From the NCBI GenBank assembly GCA_031277685.1, contig JAITLV010000065.1, forward strand, positions 49,417 through 113,416: 64,000 nt of DNA, in the 5' to 3' direction. Every line of letters begins with the position of its first letter. Position 1 is the stretch's first letter. Position numbers and translations under genes: made by a program. A model generated the notes under the pieces. It had not been told where the DNA came from and searched no databases. It saw nothing but the letters and a program-made list of their open reading frames with translations. Below are positions 50,565 to 60,468 of the stretch, one piece after another. Source of the stretch: Sphingobacterium sp. Its GTDB lineage: Bacteria; Bacteroidota; Bacteroidia; Sphingobacteriales; Sphingobacteriaceae.

Positions 50565-52799
50565 TTAAAATTTGTAACTCAGCCCTGCTTTCACCATGAA
50601 CGGTGTTCCAGGCGTAAAATGCAATTCAGAAACAGGTTCCTGTTCATTTCGCAAGCGGGTCTCCGTTTCAAATTGTGCCTCATTCCATTTTGTATTGAAC
50701 AGATTCTGCGCTTGTATCAAGAAGTTCCATTTTCCAATCGCGTAATTTAACAACAGATCATTGACCAAATAACCCTTTGCACGTATGGAGTTGTCGGCAG
50801 TTGCTGGCTTTGTATTCATATAACGATACCTGAGATTCGCAGAGATTCCTCCGGGTAACCGTACGGCTAGCCCACCGGTACTGGTCAGTGAAGGTACCAA
50901 TGGAATGTAGTCTGCTCCTTTTGGTTCGCCGATTGCTCGTGCGTAAGCATAGTTGATATCAGCATCCAAATATAACCAAGGTGTAGCTTGGTAACGGAGG
51001 CTTAGATCTGCCCCCAACCGTTTGGTCTTGCCCGAAGGTTCAACCACAGCTTCATCGCCCACATAGACAAATTCTTGTTGTAGGTATAACAGCCAAAGAG
51101 CAGGCTGGATAAATAGGTTATCTACAGGTTTCCAGATCATCCCTAAATCACCGCCATAGGAGAATGGCATAATTTCTTTGCCTTTTTGTGCCATAACAAC
51201 TCGAATATCGTTAGAATGAAAGCCCATGCCCGTTTTCAGGTAAAGCTGCGTTTTACGATTGATTGTGTAAGCAAAATTGAGCTTGGGGCTGATCCGGGTT
51301 GCGGAAGCATCTTGCCCTGCAGGGGCATTCATGAGTTTATCATGCATATTGAAAATAAGGTGATCTACACGTACAGCCGGGTTGATCAGCCATGGGCCAA
51401 TATGCCAGTCCACATTAGAATAGGCATGCAAATTCATCTCTAATCCAGTAATATGTGATAGTCTGTTCAATAAAGAATCACGTTTATAGACATGATTTAA
51501 TTGCAGGTCTTTCATATCATCCACACGAAGCCCAAAACCTGAAGTCCAGGAAATTGTACTCTGGTCAAGATGGTACTGGTGATTGTACTTATTTTCCATT
51601 CCATATACATACCGGTTATCTACTTGCTCAATTTCATCGCCGTGTACAGGATCCTTCAGGAAGAAGGTGAAATCTGAAAATAACTGAAATTTATACCGGG
51701 AAAAATAGAGATTACTTTCCCAGCTCTCATCATCATTGATCAAGGTACGATACTGCATTGCAAGATTCATTCGCGAAGTATTGCCGCCCTCCGTAGAATC
51801 AATTGAGCCCCAACGACTAATTAATCCCTGACTCACTGCTCTCTCTGGAATTTGACCGGATGCATTCCAACCCGAACTGAATATCGATCCCTGTAAGTTG
51901 ATGTAATGTTTCTGATCGATCCATTGGTTATACTTTGCAAACAAATTAACACGGCTAAAATTTTGTTTTACATCAAACGGTCCATTTGAATAATTAAACT
52001 CACCGGCTGCGTAAGCATATTTATGCTGTTGATGATCATTCAACAAGTTTATCATCGCCACGGTACGCCAAGAATCAAAAGATCCCCCTTCAACCTTGAA
52101 GAGATTATTGTCCAGATGATCCAAGGTATTAAAATTGACGTAACCAGATGTATTTAAATCACCTTTGTCTGCGTAGTAGGCCCCCTTGCCAAAATCAATA
52201 TCTTTCACTGTTTCGGGGATAATAAAATGCAGGTCTGCATATCCCTGCCCGTGCGCATGTGAAACCATATTCACAGGAATGCCATCTGCACTGACAGCGA
52301 TATCCGTCCCATGATCGTTATCAAAACCACGCAAGAAAATTTGTTCGGCTTTACCACCGCCAGCGTGCTGCGCGATAAACAAACCGGGTACTTTGCGTAA
52401 AAGATCCTGTGCCGAATTTACTGGTATGCGGTTTAGATCTACTGTACTCAAGGTCTTATTAATATTGAACGCATCTACCTGAATTTGATTTAACTGCAAT
52501 TCATTTCTTTGCATAACAACCTCAATAAAAGATTGCTGCTTATTTAAAACATAGTATTTATCGCGGTAACCTACCCTGCTTAACACCAAAGTATCAGGTA
52601 ATGAGGAGGGTTGTACCGAAAAAGTTCCATTTGATGCTGTATGACTATGTTTCAATCCGCGCTGATAGCGAATATTCACTTCTTCCAGCTGTTTTCCATT
52701 ATCCTTATCGCGCACAAGCCCTCGGAAGATGGGTTGCTGAGCGTATACATTGGAAAAGCTCAGCATTGCCGTAACAAGGATTATTTTATATGCCTTCAT
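50565..52799 (-). CDS. TonB-dependent receptor (probably metal uptake)
   Basis: Plug QHAGGGKAEQIFLRGFD.DHGTD, HAHGQGY; C-terminal YKF. Confidence 0.92.
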   Translation of the reverse strand: MKAYKIILVTAMLSFSNVYAQQPIFRGLVRDKDNGKQLEEVNIRYQRGLKHSHTASNGTFSVQPSSLPDTLVLSRVGYRDKYYVLNKQQSFIEVVMQRNELQLNQIQVDAFNINKTLSTVDLNRIPVNSAQDLLRKVPGLFIAQHAGGGKAEQIFLRGFDNDHGTDIAVSADGIPVNMVSHAHGQGYADLHFIIPETVKDIDFGKGAYYADKGDLNTSGYVNFNTLDHLDNNLFKVEGGSFDSWRTVAMINLLNDHQQHKYAYAAGEFNYSNGPFDVKQNFSRVNLFAKYNQWIDQKHYINLQGSIFSSGWNASGQIPERAVSQGLISRWGSIDSTEGGNTSRMNLAMQYRTLINDDESWESNLYFSRYKFQLFSDFTFFLKDPVHGDEIEQVDNRYVYGMENKYNHQYHLDQSTISWTSGFGLRVDDMKDLQLNHVYKRDSLLNRLSHITGLEMNLHAYSNVDWHIGPWLINPAVRVDHLIFNMHDKLMNAPAGQDASATRISPKLNFAYTINRKTQLYLKTGMGFHSNDIRVVMAQKGKEIMPFSYGGDLGMIWKPVDNLFIQPALWLLYLQQEFVYVGDEAVVEPSGKTKRLGADLSLRYQATPWLYLDADINYAYARAIGEPKGADYIPLVPSLTSTGGLAVRLPGGISANLRYRYMNTKPATADNSIRAKGYLVNDLLLNYAIGKWNFLIQAQNLFNTKWNEAQFETETRLRNEQEPVSELHFTPGTPFMVKAGLSYKF

Positions 52800-52838
52800 T
52801 TAGAAAATCGTAAATTAAGTTCCTGCTAATCTGTCAAA

Positions 52839-53543
52839 TTACCAACCGAGAAATAACATGCCTGCTCCACAGATGGATAATACAGTACCACTGATCGCAT
52901 GTACATAACGGTCTATTTTTTCTGTGTTAAGCAAGTTGTAGCCATAGATGCCAAGTAGTACCATACCGACCATTGTAATAACCGTCGTGATCGTAAACAC
53001 ACTGATCAACGTAATCACCTCGGGCATGGATCGATGTGCTCCCGAGAAAAACAAAAGTGGTATTAATGGCTCTGAAGGACCCATGACAAAAATGGCAAAT
53101 AATACCAATGGTGTCACTTTTGTCTTCTGATGATCGTGGCTTGCCGAATGCTTTCCGTGACTGTGTTCGTGAACGTAAATTTCATTGCCCACCACGTCAA
53201 AATGCTTGTGGGATTTTTTTCGATAAATTTTCAAAATACCATAAAATAAATACCCCAGGCCAAAGAGAAATAATGCCCAACTGGACACGTTTCCCCGTAC
53301 ATCCTGTAACCAGCTGATTTTATTGAGTTGCCAACCGAGATATACACCGATTATTCCCAAGATTACGGAACTCAAAACATGTCCGAAACCGCAAACTACT
53401 GTCCAAAGAACTGTTTTGGCTAAAGACCATTTTTTTGATTTGGACAATACAATAAATGGTAAATAATGGTCTGGACCGGATGCGGTATGAAAAAAACTAA
53501 TTGTGATAGCCGTAATGGCTAATGCATAAAGTGTTGTACTCAT
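52839..53543 (-). CDS. UreH/RcnA-like His-rich membrane protein (putative Ni/Co transporter)
   Basis: FHT..GPDHYLP, GFGH, HEHSH loop, PSEP. Confidence 0.75.
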   Translation of the reverse strand: MSTTLYALAITAITISFFHTASGPDHYLPFIVLSKSKKWSLAKTVLWTVVCGFGHVLSSVILGIIGVYLGWQLNKISWLQDVRGNVSSWALFLFGLGYLFYGILKIYRKKSHKHFDVVGNEIYVHEHSHGKHSASHDHQKTKVTPLVLFAIFVMGPSEPLIPLLFFSGAHRSMPEVITLISVFTITTVITMVGMVLLGIYGYNLLNTEKIDRYVHAISGTVLSICGAGMLFLGW

Positions 53544-53653
53544 GTGTACTTATAAATTCTGATGCTAAAGAAGTAATTACCTCCAAGACAATAGTGAGAC
53601 ATCACATGGCGTTCAAAAGGCCATGTCTAATTAACCAAATAATTACAGGAAGA

Positions 53654-54028
53654 TTAACAGTAAAGTCTGAGGGAATGGTACAGGATATACCGATCAGGAA
53701 TTTTATTAGATAAGTATTTATTCAGAAAATCATAGAAGCTGTTCCAGGCCTTCTTCATCTTAAAGACCAAAGCTATCGACAATAATAGACCTAAACTACA
53801 TAACCATAATGCATATGCCAGATGCTGTTCGTAACTCAGTTCAAACGAACACTCATCCATTGATCCCAAATAAAAATCATAATGAGCTAGACCAGAAACC
53901 ACCGCTGTTGCTGCATGATGGCTGTAAATGGTTTGCGCAAAGGTATCTCTACTTATTTTCTGTGCATGTAAATTACAGCTAAAAATAAGCATCATGACTA
54001 TAAAAAAATGTCTGATATACCTGTGCAT
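53654..54028 (-). CDS. Hypothetical exported/membrane protein upstream of the metal-uptake unit
   Basis: Signal peptide (..NLHA/Q), one TM, C-terminal YILYHSLRL. Confidence 0.6.
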   Translation of the reverse strand: MHRYIRHFFIVMMLIFSCNLHAQKISRDTFAQTIYSHHAATAVVSGLAHYDFYLGSMDECSFELSYEQHLAYALWLCSLGLLLSIALVFKMKKAWNSFYDFLNKYLSNKIPDRYILYHSLRLYC

Positions 54029-54289
54029 AAGATCACCAATTCCTACTGGAATTGTTTTCAAATTTATGCGATACTCCGACCTTTCAAGTAGCACAAATCT
54101 TGAATTTTATAGTCTTTTTATGATCAAGAATAAATTGCATACCCTTACACACAATCACTTCAATTATACGCAAAAACAATCTAAATAACGCTTCTTTCAA
54201 CCAAAACAACTAAGTACCCTTGATTAAGTGCATCAAAAAATAGCACAAATCATGAATAAATTATATCCCAGATTTGTACTACCCAAAGG

Positions 54290-54661
54290 CTAAACAACAA
54301 TTTTAAAGTGTTTATCTGTTAACAACAATACAACCGTAAGAATACACATGATTAATGAGTTATAAAAATGCTGATATTCCTGATGCGCCATATGTGCTGT
54401 CAAAGCTCCCACGGCAAAGGGGAATAAAAGCAAAATACCTACATTCTTAATTTCGGGCCGGTATAAACCAATCAGGAGAAGTAATACACCAAACAATTCG
54501 CCTATTCCAATACTCAAGGTCCATGTTTTATTAAACCCTAGGGAATCCATGCTCTGCATCATTGACTGTTTCTGAAAGATTTTAAACAATGAGGCGTATC
54601 CAAATACATATAGGTAATAGGTATAGCTCAACCAATGAACAATAGATTTTATAATTTCCAT
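54290..54661 (-). CDS. DoxX family membrane protein
   Basis: IGIGELFG.LLLLIG, GA...H; divergent from HxlR. Confidence 0.8.
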   Translation of the reverse strand: MEIIKSIVHWLSYTYYLYVFGYASLFKIFQKQSMMQSMDSLGFNKTWTLSIGIGELFGVLLLLIGLYRPEIKNVGILLLFPFAVGALTAHMAHQEYQHFYNSLIMCILTVVLLLTDKHFKIVV

Positions 54662-54754
54662 TTTATTTTTTATTAGATGAGCTACAAATTTCTTTATTAA
54701 TTTGCATGAATAACAGTACGTACCGAATTGTATGATACCAACAAAAAAGTAAGT

Positions 54755-55105
54755 ATGAATAATAGAAAGGAAAATTCGACCAATACAATCAATGAAGCTT
54801 ATTGGAAAGATCACTGTGGTATTGCATTTACCCTATCCACAATTGGTGGAAGATGGAAAATAAATATACTCACTTATCTACTCCATGAGGGTAGATTACG
54901 CTATGGTGAACTTCGTAAAAGACTCGTAGGAATCTCGGAACGCATGCTCATTGCTAAATTAAAGGAATTGGAGCAGGACAAACTGATCAACCGGATCGTG
55001 TATCAGCAGGTACCGCCCAAAGTGGAATATGAACTGACAGAGCGGGGTCGTTCACTAGAAAAAATTTTGGTACTTATGGACGAATGGGGTGAGAAAAACA
55101 TGTAA
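54755..55105 (+). CDS. HxlR family wHTH regulator
   Basis: IGGRWK, ISERML...LKELE, VPPKVEYELT. Confidence 0.93.
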   Translation: MNNRKENSTNTINEAYWKDHCGIAFTLSTIGGRWKINILTYLLHEGRLRYGELRKRLVGISERMLIAKLKELEQDKLINRIVYQQVPPKVEYELTERGRSLEKILVLMDEWGEKNM

Positions 55106-55106
55106 A

Positions 55107-55142
55107 ATACAATCCTTATTATAAAAAATATAAGGATTGTAT
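55107..55142. terminator. Hairpin between convergent genes
   Basis: ATACAATCCTTAT...ATAAGGATTGTAT. Confidence 0.65.
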
Positions 55143-55171
55143 CTTTTGTTTTACGGCGGTAGCCCTAATTA

Positions 55172-56269
55172 TTAATTCTTGGAAAGCGCATAAAGGGCAA
55201 AAGTACCTAGCCAATGTGAGCCCATATAGTCATCTTTGGAAGTGATATTTGGTAATGAATATTTCAGATGCTTGTTGGCTAAGCCATGCAGATGATTTAG
55301 CTCAGGCAGCGCTTTGGCAATGCCGTTTAGGCAGGTCGCCCGGCTAAAGTTCAATCCATCCAAGTGAACCAAATGTCCATCTGTACGATCTTTCACAATG
55401 CCTGGCTCCAAATTAAAGTCCGGGTTAAACAGTTCAGGAAGGAAATCCTTGAGCCATTTCCGATATTCATCCTGTCCCAAAACCACACTCATGCAAAGTG
55501 CCTCCTCAAGACAAGGTGAAAGAAAGTCGCTTCCGCTCGGTTCAAAGGAAATATTACAATTTTTATCGTGGTCATAAAGCCGTACGGCATTTGTCGTCAA
55601 CGACTTTTCGAAGGCAACATTATTCGTTCCTCTAGCATAATCCAAAGCTAAAGAAAGACCGAAAGCCGAATTATCATGATACCCTGTACGGATCGGATAG
55701 ACCAATTTCGGCAAATATTCCTGATAAGCTTTCATAATATGCTTTGCCATCGGATCCAGGATTTTTGCCCAGCGTTCTGCATCGGGATCCTTCCAAGTCA
55801 ATAGTTCCTTTTGTAATTGCAAGAGCCAAGCCCAGCCATAGGTACGTTCAAAGTTCTTATTGTTTTTATCCTGAAAGAACGCCAGTTCTGTTGCTGCATT
55901 TTCAGTCGTAAAAATCTGATTGAGCTGTTTCCGAATTGCTCCGGACTTATCTAAATCGGGAAATTGCTTCAAAATTCGCACAATCGACCAATAGCCGTGA
56001 ACCGATGAATGCCAGTCAAAGCACCCATAGAATATCGGATGCAGCGCGCGCGGTCCCTTCAAATCCTGATCACTTCCAAGAACCTGCCCCAGCTTATTCG
56101 GATATTCAACTTCAATACAGTGCAATGGTAAAGTCAGCAAATGTCTTGCCTGCGCACTATCCAATTGGATGGGGGCATTGTTCGTACTTGTATTTACTTT
56201 AATCGTGGAGTTATTGTGGCAAGAAATTGCCAATACCGAACCGCAAAACAATCCTATTATTCTTTTCAT
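55172..56269 (-). CDS. DUF2891 family lipoprotein
   Basis: FYGCFDWHSSVHG, FERTYGWAW, HLDGLN.SRA, HWLGTFA. Confidence 0.88.
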   Translation of the reverse strand: MKRIIGLFCGSVLAISCHNNSTIKVNTSTNNAPIQLDSAQARHLLTLPLHCIEVEYPNKLGQVLGSDQDLKGPRALHPIFYGCFDWHSSVHGYWSIVRILKQFPDLDKSGAIRKQLNQIFTTENAATELAFFQDKNNKNFERTYGWAWLLQLQKELLTWKDPDAERWAKILDPMAKHIMKAYQEYLPKLVYPIRTGYHDNSAFGLSLALDYARGTNNVAFEKSLTTNAVRLYDHDKNCNISFEPSGSDFLSPCLEEALCMSVVLGQDEYRKWLKDFLPELFNPDFNLEPGIVKDRTDGHLVHLDGLNFSRATCLNGIAKALPELNHLHGLANKHLKYSLPNITSKDDYMGSHWLGTFALYALSKN

Positions 56270-56380
56270 GTTAAAAATTTTTATTCCACCCTTTGAATGG
56301 AGCGTGCCATGTATACCTATATGCTGCTAGTTTCTAACTATCAACTTACAAACATGACGGGTTCATAATTTGTTATTATT

Positions 56381-57088
56381 CTAGTTTTTAGTCAACTCTT
56401 CCTGAAGCAGTTCTTTGACCAAATCTGGAACAGCGACTGTCGCGGCCTGTTCGAAGCACACGATACGGCCCAAGTTGGTGCGATCTGGAATATGTTTATC
56501 GATTAGAAATGACCTACAATGATCTGGTGCAAACTCGCGAAGTCCGGCAGCGGGATAAACCTGCAGGGAAGTTCCGATAATAATCAAGATATCTGCTTCA
56601 GATACATGGGCCATGGCCCGTTCAATCTCTGGAACAGCTTCACCAAACCATACAATATTAGGACGCAATTGGCTGCCTTTTTCACAGCGATCTCCCATCT
56701 TTATTTCTGTTCCTACAATTGGATAAATCAATCCGTCGTCAATGGATGACTTCGCCTGATCCAACCGACCATGTAAATGGATGATCTTTGTGGAACCAGC
56801 CCGTTCATGCAATAAGTCCACATTTTGTGTAATGACCGTTACCTGGTATACCGATTCCAATTGCTGTAAGGCCAGGTGCGCTGCATTCGGTTCTGCGGCC
56901 AGTGCGGCTTTTCTTCTAAGATTGTAAAACTCCTGTACGAGCGCCGGATTTTTCATCCAGCCCGCAATCGAAGCTACCGCCATCACATCATGCCCTTCCC
57001 ACAGCCCATTAGCATCCCTAAAAGTAGGTATACCACTTTCGGCAGAAATACCCGCTCCGGTTAACACAACAATATTCTTCTTTTTCAT
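56381..57088 (-). CDS. cobB: NAD-dependent deacylase (class III sirtuin)
   Basis: GAGISAESGIPTFR, FYN.RR, TQNVD.LH, HLHG, RPNIVWFGE, GTSLQVYPAA. Confidence 0.92.
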   Translation of the reverse strand: MKKKNIVVLTGAGISAESGIPTFRDANGLWEGHDVMAVASIAGWMKNPALVQEFYNLRRKAALAAEPNAAHLALQQLESVYQVTVITQNVDLLHERAGSTKIIHLHGRLDQAKSSIDDGLIYPIVGTEIKMGDRCEKGSQLRPNIVWFGEAVPEIERAMAHVSEADILIIIGTSLQVYPAAGLREFAPDHCRSFLIDKHIPDRTNLGRIVCFEQAATVAVPDLVKELLQEELTKN

Positions 57089-57176
57089 GTCGCTTTTTAA
57101 TCCTTTAAAAATAAGGAAATCTCCTGAATCTAATGAGTCCATAAGTCTACTTTCTTCCAAAAATCAAGAGAGTTTA

Positions 57177-57635
57177 TTATTCATGGATCAACATAGCAGC
57201 ATAGTCGTCTGGTAGCTCCAACCGAATTGAATCTTTGCTGGCAGCGGCCTTTCTGTTCATCTCATCAAAAGAACGCTGATAGTAGACAAAAGCTTTATTG
57301 GGTATATGTAGCTCCCGGGCTTGTTTTACAGCAAATTGATAGCGGTTGTCAACCAGTTTAACCCGTTTGTAAATCCGGTAAGTGACCAGTTGAATCTGGA
57401 TCTTATCAAATACCGGAATTGTTTTCAGATCGGCTGGCTCATGAAAATATTTTTCATTGAAATACATAAATTCGTCCGATTTAGCCAATTCCTCCAGGTT
57501 CAATTTCCCTTTAATAACTTCATTGGTCAGCGAATCCGCCCGTTGTCGTTCTAGTTGATTTCCATCTCCGGCACTACAGGCAGCACAAAGAATAGTAACC
57601 GACACAAACAACAGAAAATTATGCATAAGACTCAT
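57177..57635 (-). CDS. Hypothetical lipoprotein
   Basis: Hydrophobic N-terminus with CAAC. Confidence 0.7.
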   Translation of the reverse strand: MSLMHNFLLFVSVTILCAACSAGDGNQLERQRADSLTNEVIKGKLNLEELAKSDEFMYFNEKYFHEPADLKTIPVFDKIQIQLVTYRIYKRVKLVDNRYQFAVKQARELHIPNKAFVYYQRSFDEMNRKAAASKDSIRLELPDDYAAMLIHE

Positions 57636-57756
57636 TGGCCTAAGTTAGCATAAAAATGTTTCCCACCCTAAGATCACGCTAAAATTTGCCTAACATCCAA
57701 TAAAAAAGCCCAAGACAGCATGATCTCGGACTTAAAATACTTTAAAAATGGGGGAA

Positions 57757-59592
57757 TTACAGATTATTTTCAATTGCTCCAATTTTCTCTCGGTGCAGCG
57801 CTAGTGGAGAATCCAACAATACAGCAATAACGGTCATATTTTTATCCAAACGCTCCTTTGGTGCCTGGATATAAACAATACCAGGAATACTGCTCCAGTA
57901 AAGTTTATTGAAAATTTCATGGTTGATCATGGATCCTTCACCGACCAGTCTAATCCGTGCGATACCATTCTTTATGCCTTTGAGCGCAATAGGCCCCGTC
58001 GGAGTTCCCTCCACAAAAAGATAGACTGTCTGACGATCCTTGGAAAGCGCACTTAGGCCCTCGTAATGGCCCTCAGGCAAGCCTTTTCCGGTTTCATAAA
58101 GTGCTTCTGCATGGTTTTTCACCCATTCTACTACCGCAGGATTTGTCGAATTGTTCGTCGGTAGTTTTGCCTCCATACCATCTATAGTCAAACCAGAATG
58201 ATCGAAGATATTCTTTCCATAATGTAGTGTTGATGCAATCTGATTCAATGCTGTATTTGTTTGCTTATTTTCCAATACAGATGTTAAAGTAACAGCTTTT
58301 TCCTGTATGGTACCCCACTGAATCTTATCTTTGAATTGTACAGCCAATACGGTGACGTCCTGGTCAAAATTAACTTTCGTCAGGTCCAATTGGATAGTCT
58401 CACCAACAGCTGTGGAAGCCACCTGTGAAGCCGCATCACCTACAACAGCAACTTTTTCGACTGCGCTATTCAGCAAGCCCTTTAGTTGCAATTGTGGTTT
58501 TTGTTCATACACATAGAGGTAAAGGGTTTTTCCATCTTTCGACAAAGCAGATTTCCCCTGGTAATTCTCAACCGGAATACCAGCTCTGGTACCATAAATT
58601 GCTGCCGCATGTTTGTTGGTCCACCTGCCCAGCTGTTTCAATATATTCAGTTGTTCTTCAGGAATGCTTCCATCAGCCTTTGGCCCGATATCCAGCAATA
58701 GATTTCCGCCCATTGAAATGCAGTCAACAAGTGTGCGAATAATCATATTAGGCGATTTGTACTTCTTGTCAAATGGCTGATACCCCCAAGAGTCATTCAT
58801 GGTGTAACAAAGCTCCCAGAATTTAGCATCCGGACGCGTTACGGGAATGCCCTGTTCAGGTGTCTCATAATCTCCGTGGTGATTCAATCGCGAATTGATA
58901 ATGATATTCGGGTTGTATTTACGCAATAGTGATAATGTTTCCTTCGCTTTCCATTCTTCGGCATTATGTTCCCAGTCTCCATCAAACCAGATCAATTCAG
59001 GCTTATATTGCTGCGATAATTCGCTTAGCTGTTTTTGATAGTATTCCACATAGTGACTCCAACGGTTGGGTTCTTTGGCCAGTTCATAACGCTTTCTGGT
59101 ACGTGTGAACACATCGTAATAGGGATGGCTCCAATCGGGTAGCGAATAATATAACCCTGTATGTAATCCTTCCTGTTGTATCGCTTCCACAAATGGTGTA
59201 ATCACATCTTGTTTGGCTGCGGCATCTTTTAGTGTTGTAATAGCCTTATCGGCTTTGGTATTCCATAAGGAAATCCCATCGTGATGTTTTGTTGTAATGA
59301 CGGTATACTTCGCACCAGCCTGTTTGATCAATTTCGCCCATTCCTTCGGTTTATAATTTTTTGCTGTAAAACCGTCCAGCTGTTTGATATAATTATCGTG
59401 ATTAATATAATTATTGAAGAAAGACCATGACTCCGAGATTCCATCAACGGAGTAAATTCCCCAGTGAATAAAAATACCCAGTTTGGCATCCTCAAACCAA
59501 TCCATTTTTTGTGCTGATACATTGTTCTGGGCAGTAACGTTTAAGCACGTTGACACCAAAAGAACAAAAAGAGAGACCTTTTGAAACTTCAT
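57757..59592 (-). CDS. GH29 alpha-L-fucosidase
   Basis: KLGIFIHWG, TTKHHDG, IWFDG, TPEQ, GGNLLLDIGP. Confidence 0.93.
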   Translation of the reverse strand: MKFQKVSLFVLLVSTCLNVTAQNNVSAQKMDWFEDAKLGIFIHWGIYSVDGISESWSFFNNYINHDNYIKQLDGFTAKNYKPKEWAKLIKQAGAKYTVITTKHHDGISLWNTKADKAITTLKDAAAKQDVITPFVEAIQQEGLHTGLYYSLPDWSHPYYDVFTRTRKRYELAKEPNRWSHYVEYYQKQLSELSQQYKPELIWFDGDWEHNAEEWKAKETLSLLRKYNPNIIINSRLNHHGDYETPEQGIPVTRPDAKFWELCYTMNDSWGYQPFDKKYKSPNMIIRTLVDCISMGGNLLLDIGPKADGSIPEEQLNILKQLGRWTNKHAAAIYGTRAGIPVENYQGKSALSKDGKTLYLYVYEQKPQLQLKGLLNSAVEKVAVVGDAASQVASTAVGETIQLDLTKVNFDQDVTVLAVQFKDKIQWGTIQEKAVTLTSVLENKQTNTALNQIASTLHYGKNIFDHSGLTIDGMEAKLPTNNSTNPAVVEWVKNHAEALYETGKGLPEGHYEGLSALSKDRQTVYLFVEGTPTGPIALKGIKNGIARIRLVGEGSMINHEIFNKLYWSSIPGIVYIQAPKERLDKNMTVIAVLLDSPLALHREKIGAIENNL

Positions 59593-59801
59593 AAAGCTAA
59601 ATTATCGATTACATAACGAGTTTAAGCGGACAAAATACATATAAATCGTCATAATCCCATTGTGTAAGCGATAAATTACAGCGAAGAAGTCTTTGCTAAA
59701 CCGAATAACTCCTAAATATTATAGGCAGATTGTCAGGGTATAGCCCCAGCGCGCATATTTATAATTGTATTTCAACACAAATTTATCTAAGTTTGGAAGG
59801 T

Positions 59802-60296
59802 ATGATCGAACTATATACAGACGGGGCATCAAGCGGAAATCCGGGTCCGGGCGGTTACGGAACCATCTTAAGGACAATTTACACAGGTGACAATGAGGCA
59901 TTTAAAGGGAAACTGATCGAAAAGGAGTTTTCCGGAGGTTATCGAAAAACCACGAATAACCGGATGGAACTGATGGCTGTTATTATTGGTCTCGAAGCCT
60001 TGAAAAATTTAAACCAAGCTGTTACCGTATATTCTGATTCCAAATATGTCATCGATGCAATTGACAAAAAGTGGGTATACGGATGGATCCAAAAAGGTTT
60101 TGCGGGTAAAAAGAATAAAGATTTATGGATGCGTTTGATGAACGTTTATAAACTACATAAAGTCAAATTGGTTTGGGTGAAAGGACACGCTGGTCATCCG
60201 CTCAATGAACGATGTGATCGGTTGGCTGTCGCAGCTTCCAAAGATAAAGCCAATTGGAAAATTGACACCGTATTCGAAGTCGAAGAAAATAAATAG
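59802..60296 (+). CDS. rnhA: Ribonuclease HI
   Basis: [37 protein letters not shown]. Confidence 0.95.
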   Translation: MIELYTDGASSGNPGPGGYGTILRTIYTGDNEAFKGKLIEKEFSGGYRKTTNNRMELMAVIIGLEALKNLNQAVTVYSDSKYVIDAIDKKWVYGWIQKGFAGKKNKDLWMRLMNVYKLHKVKLVWVKGHAGHPLNERCDRLAVAASKDKANWKIDTVFEVEENK

Positions 60297-60366
60297 ATCA
60301 TTCGGATGTAGACAACATCATTTTTGCGTGATCCTCCAGACAGGCATGTAAATATGCAATGATTAC

Positions 60367-60404
60367 AAAAGGCACCAAATTGCACTGCATTTGATGCCTT
60401 TTTT
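60367..60404. terminator. Terminator hairpin
   Basis: AAAAGGCACCAAAT...ATTTGATGCCTTTTTT. Confidence 0.6.
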
Positions 60405-60468
60405 TGTGCCCCGGCCAATCACGCCCAATCATAGCTATTGAATTTTATGAACTGGGCAGTGGTGTTTA

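Noticed and set aside
56381-57088. Sir2 anti-phage (Thoeris/DSR) protein
   Set aside because: Short canonical CobB-type deacylase with no defence partners.
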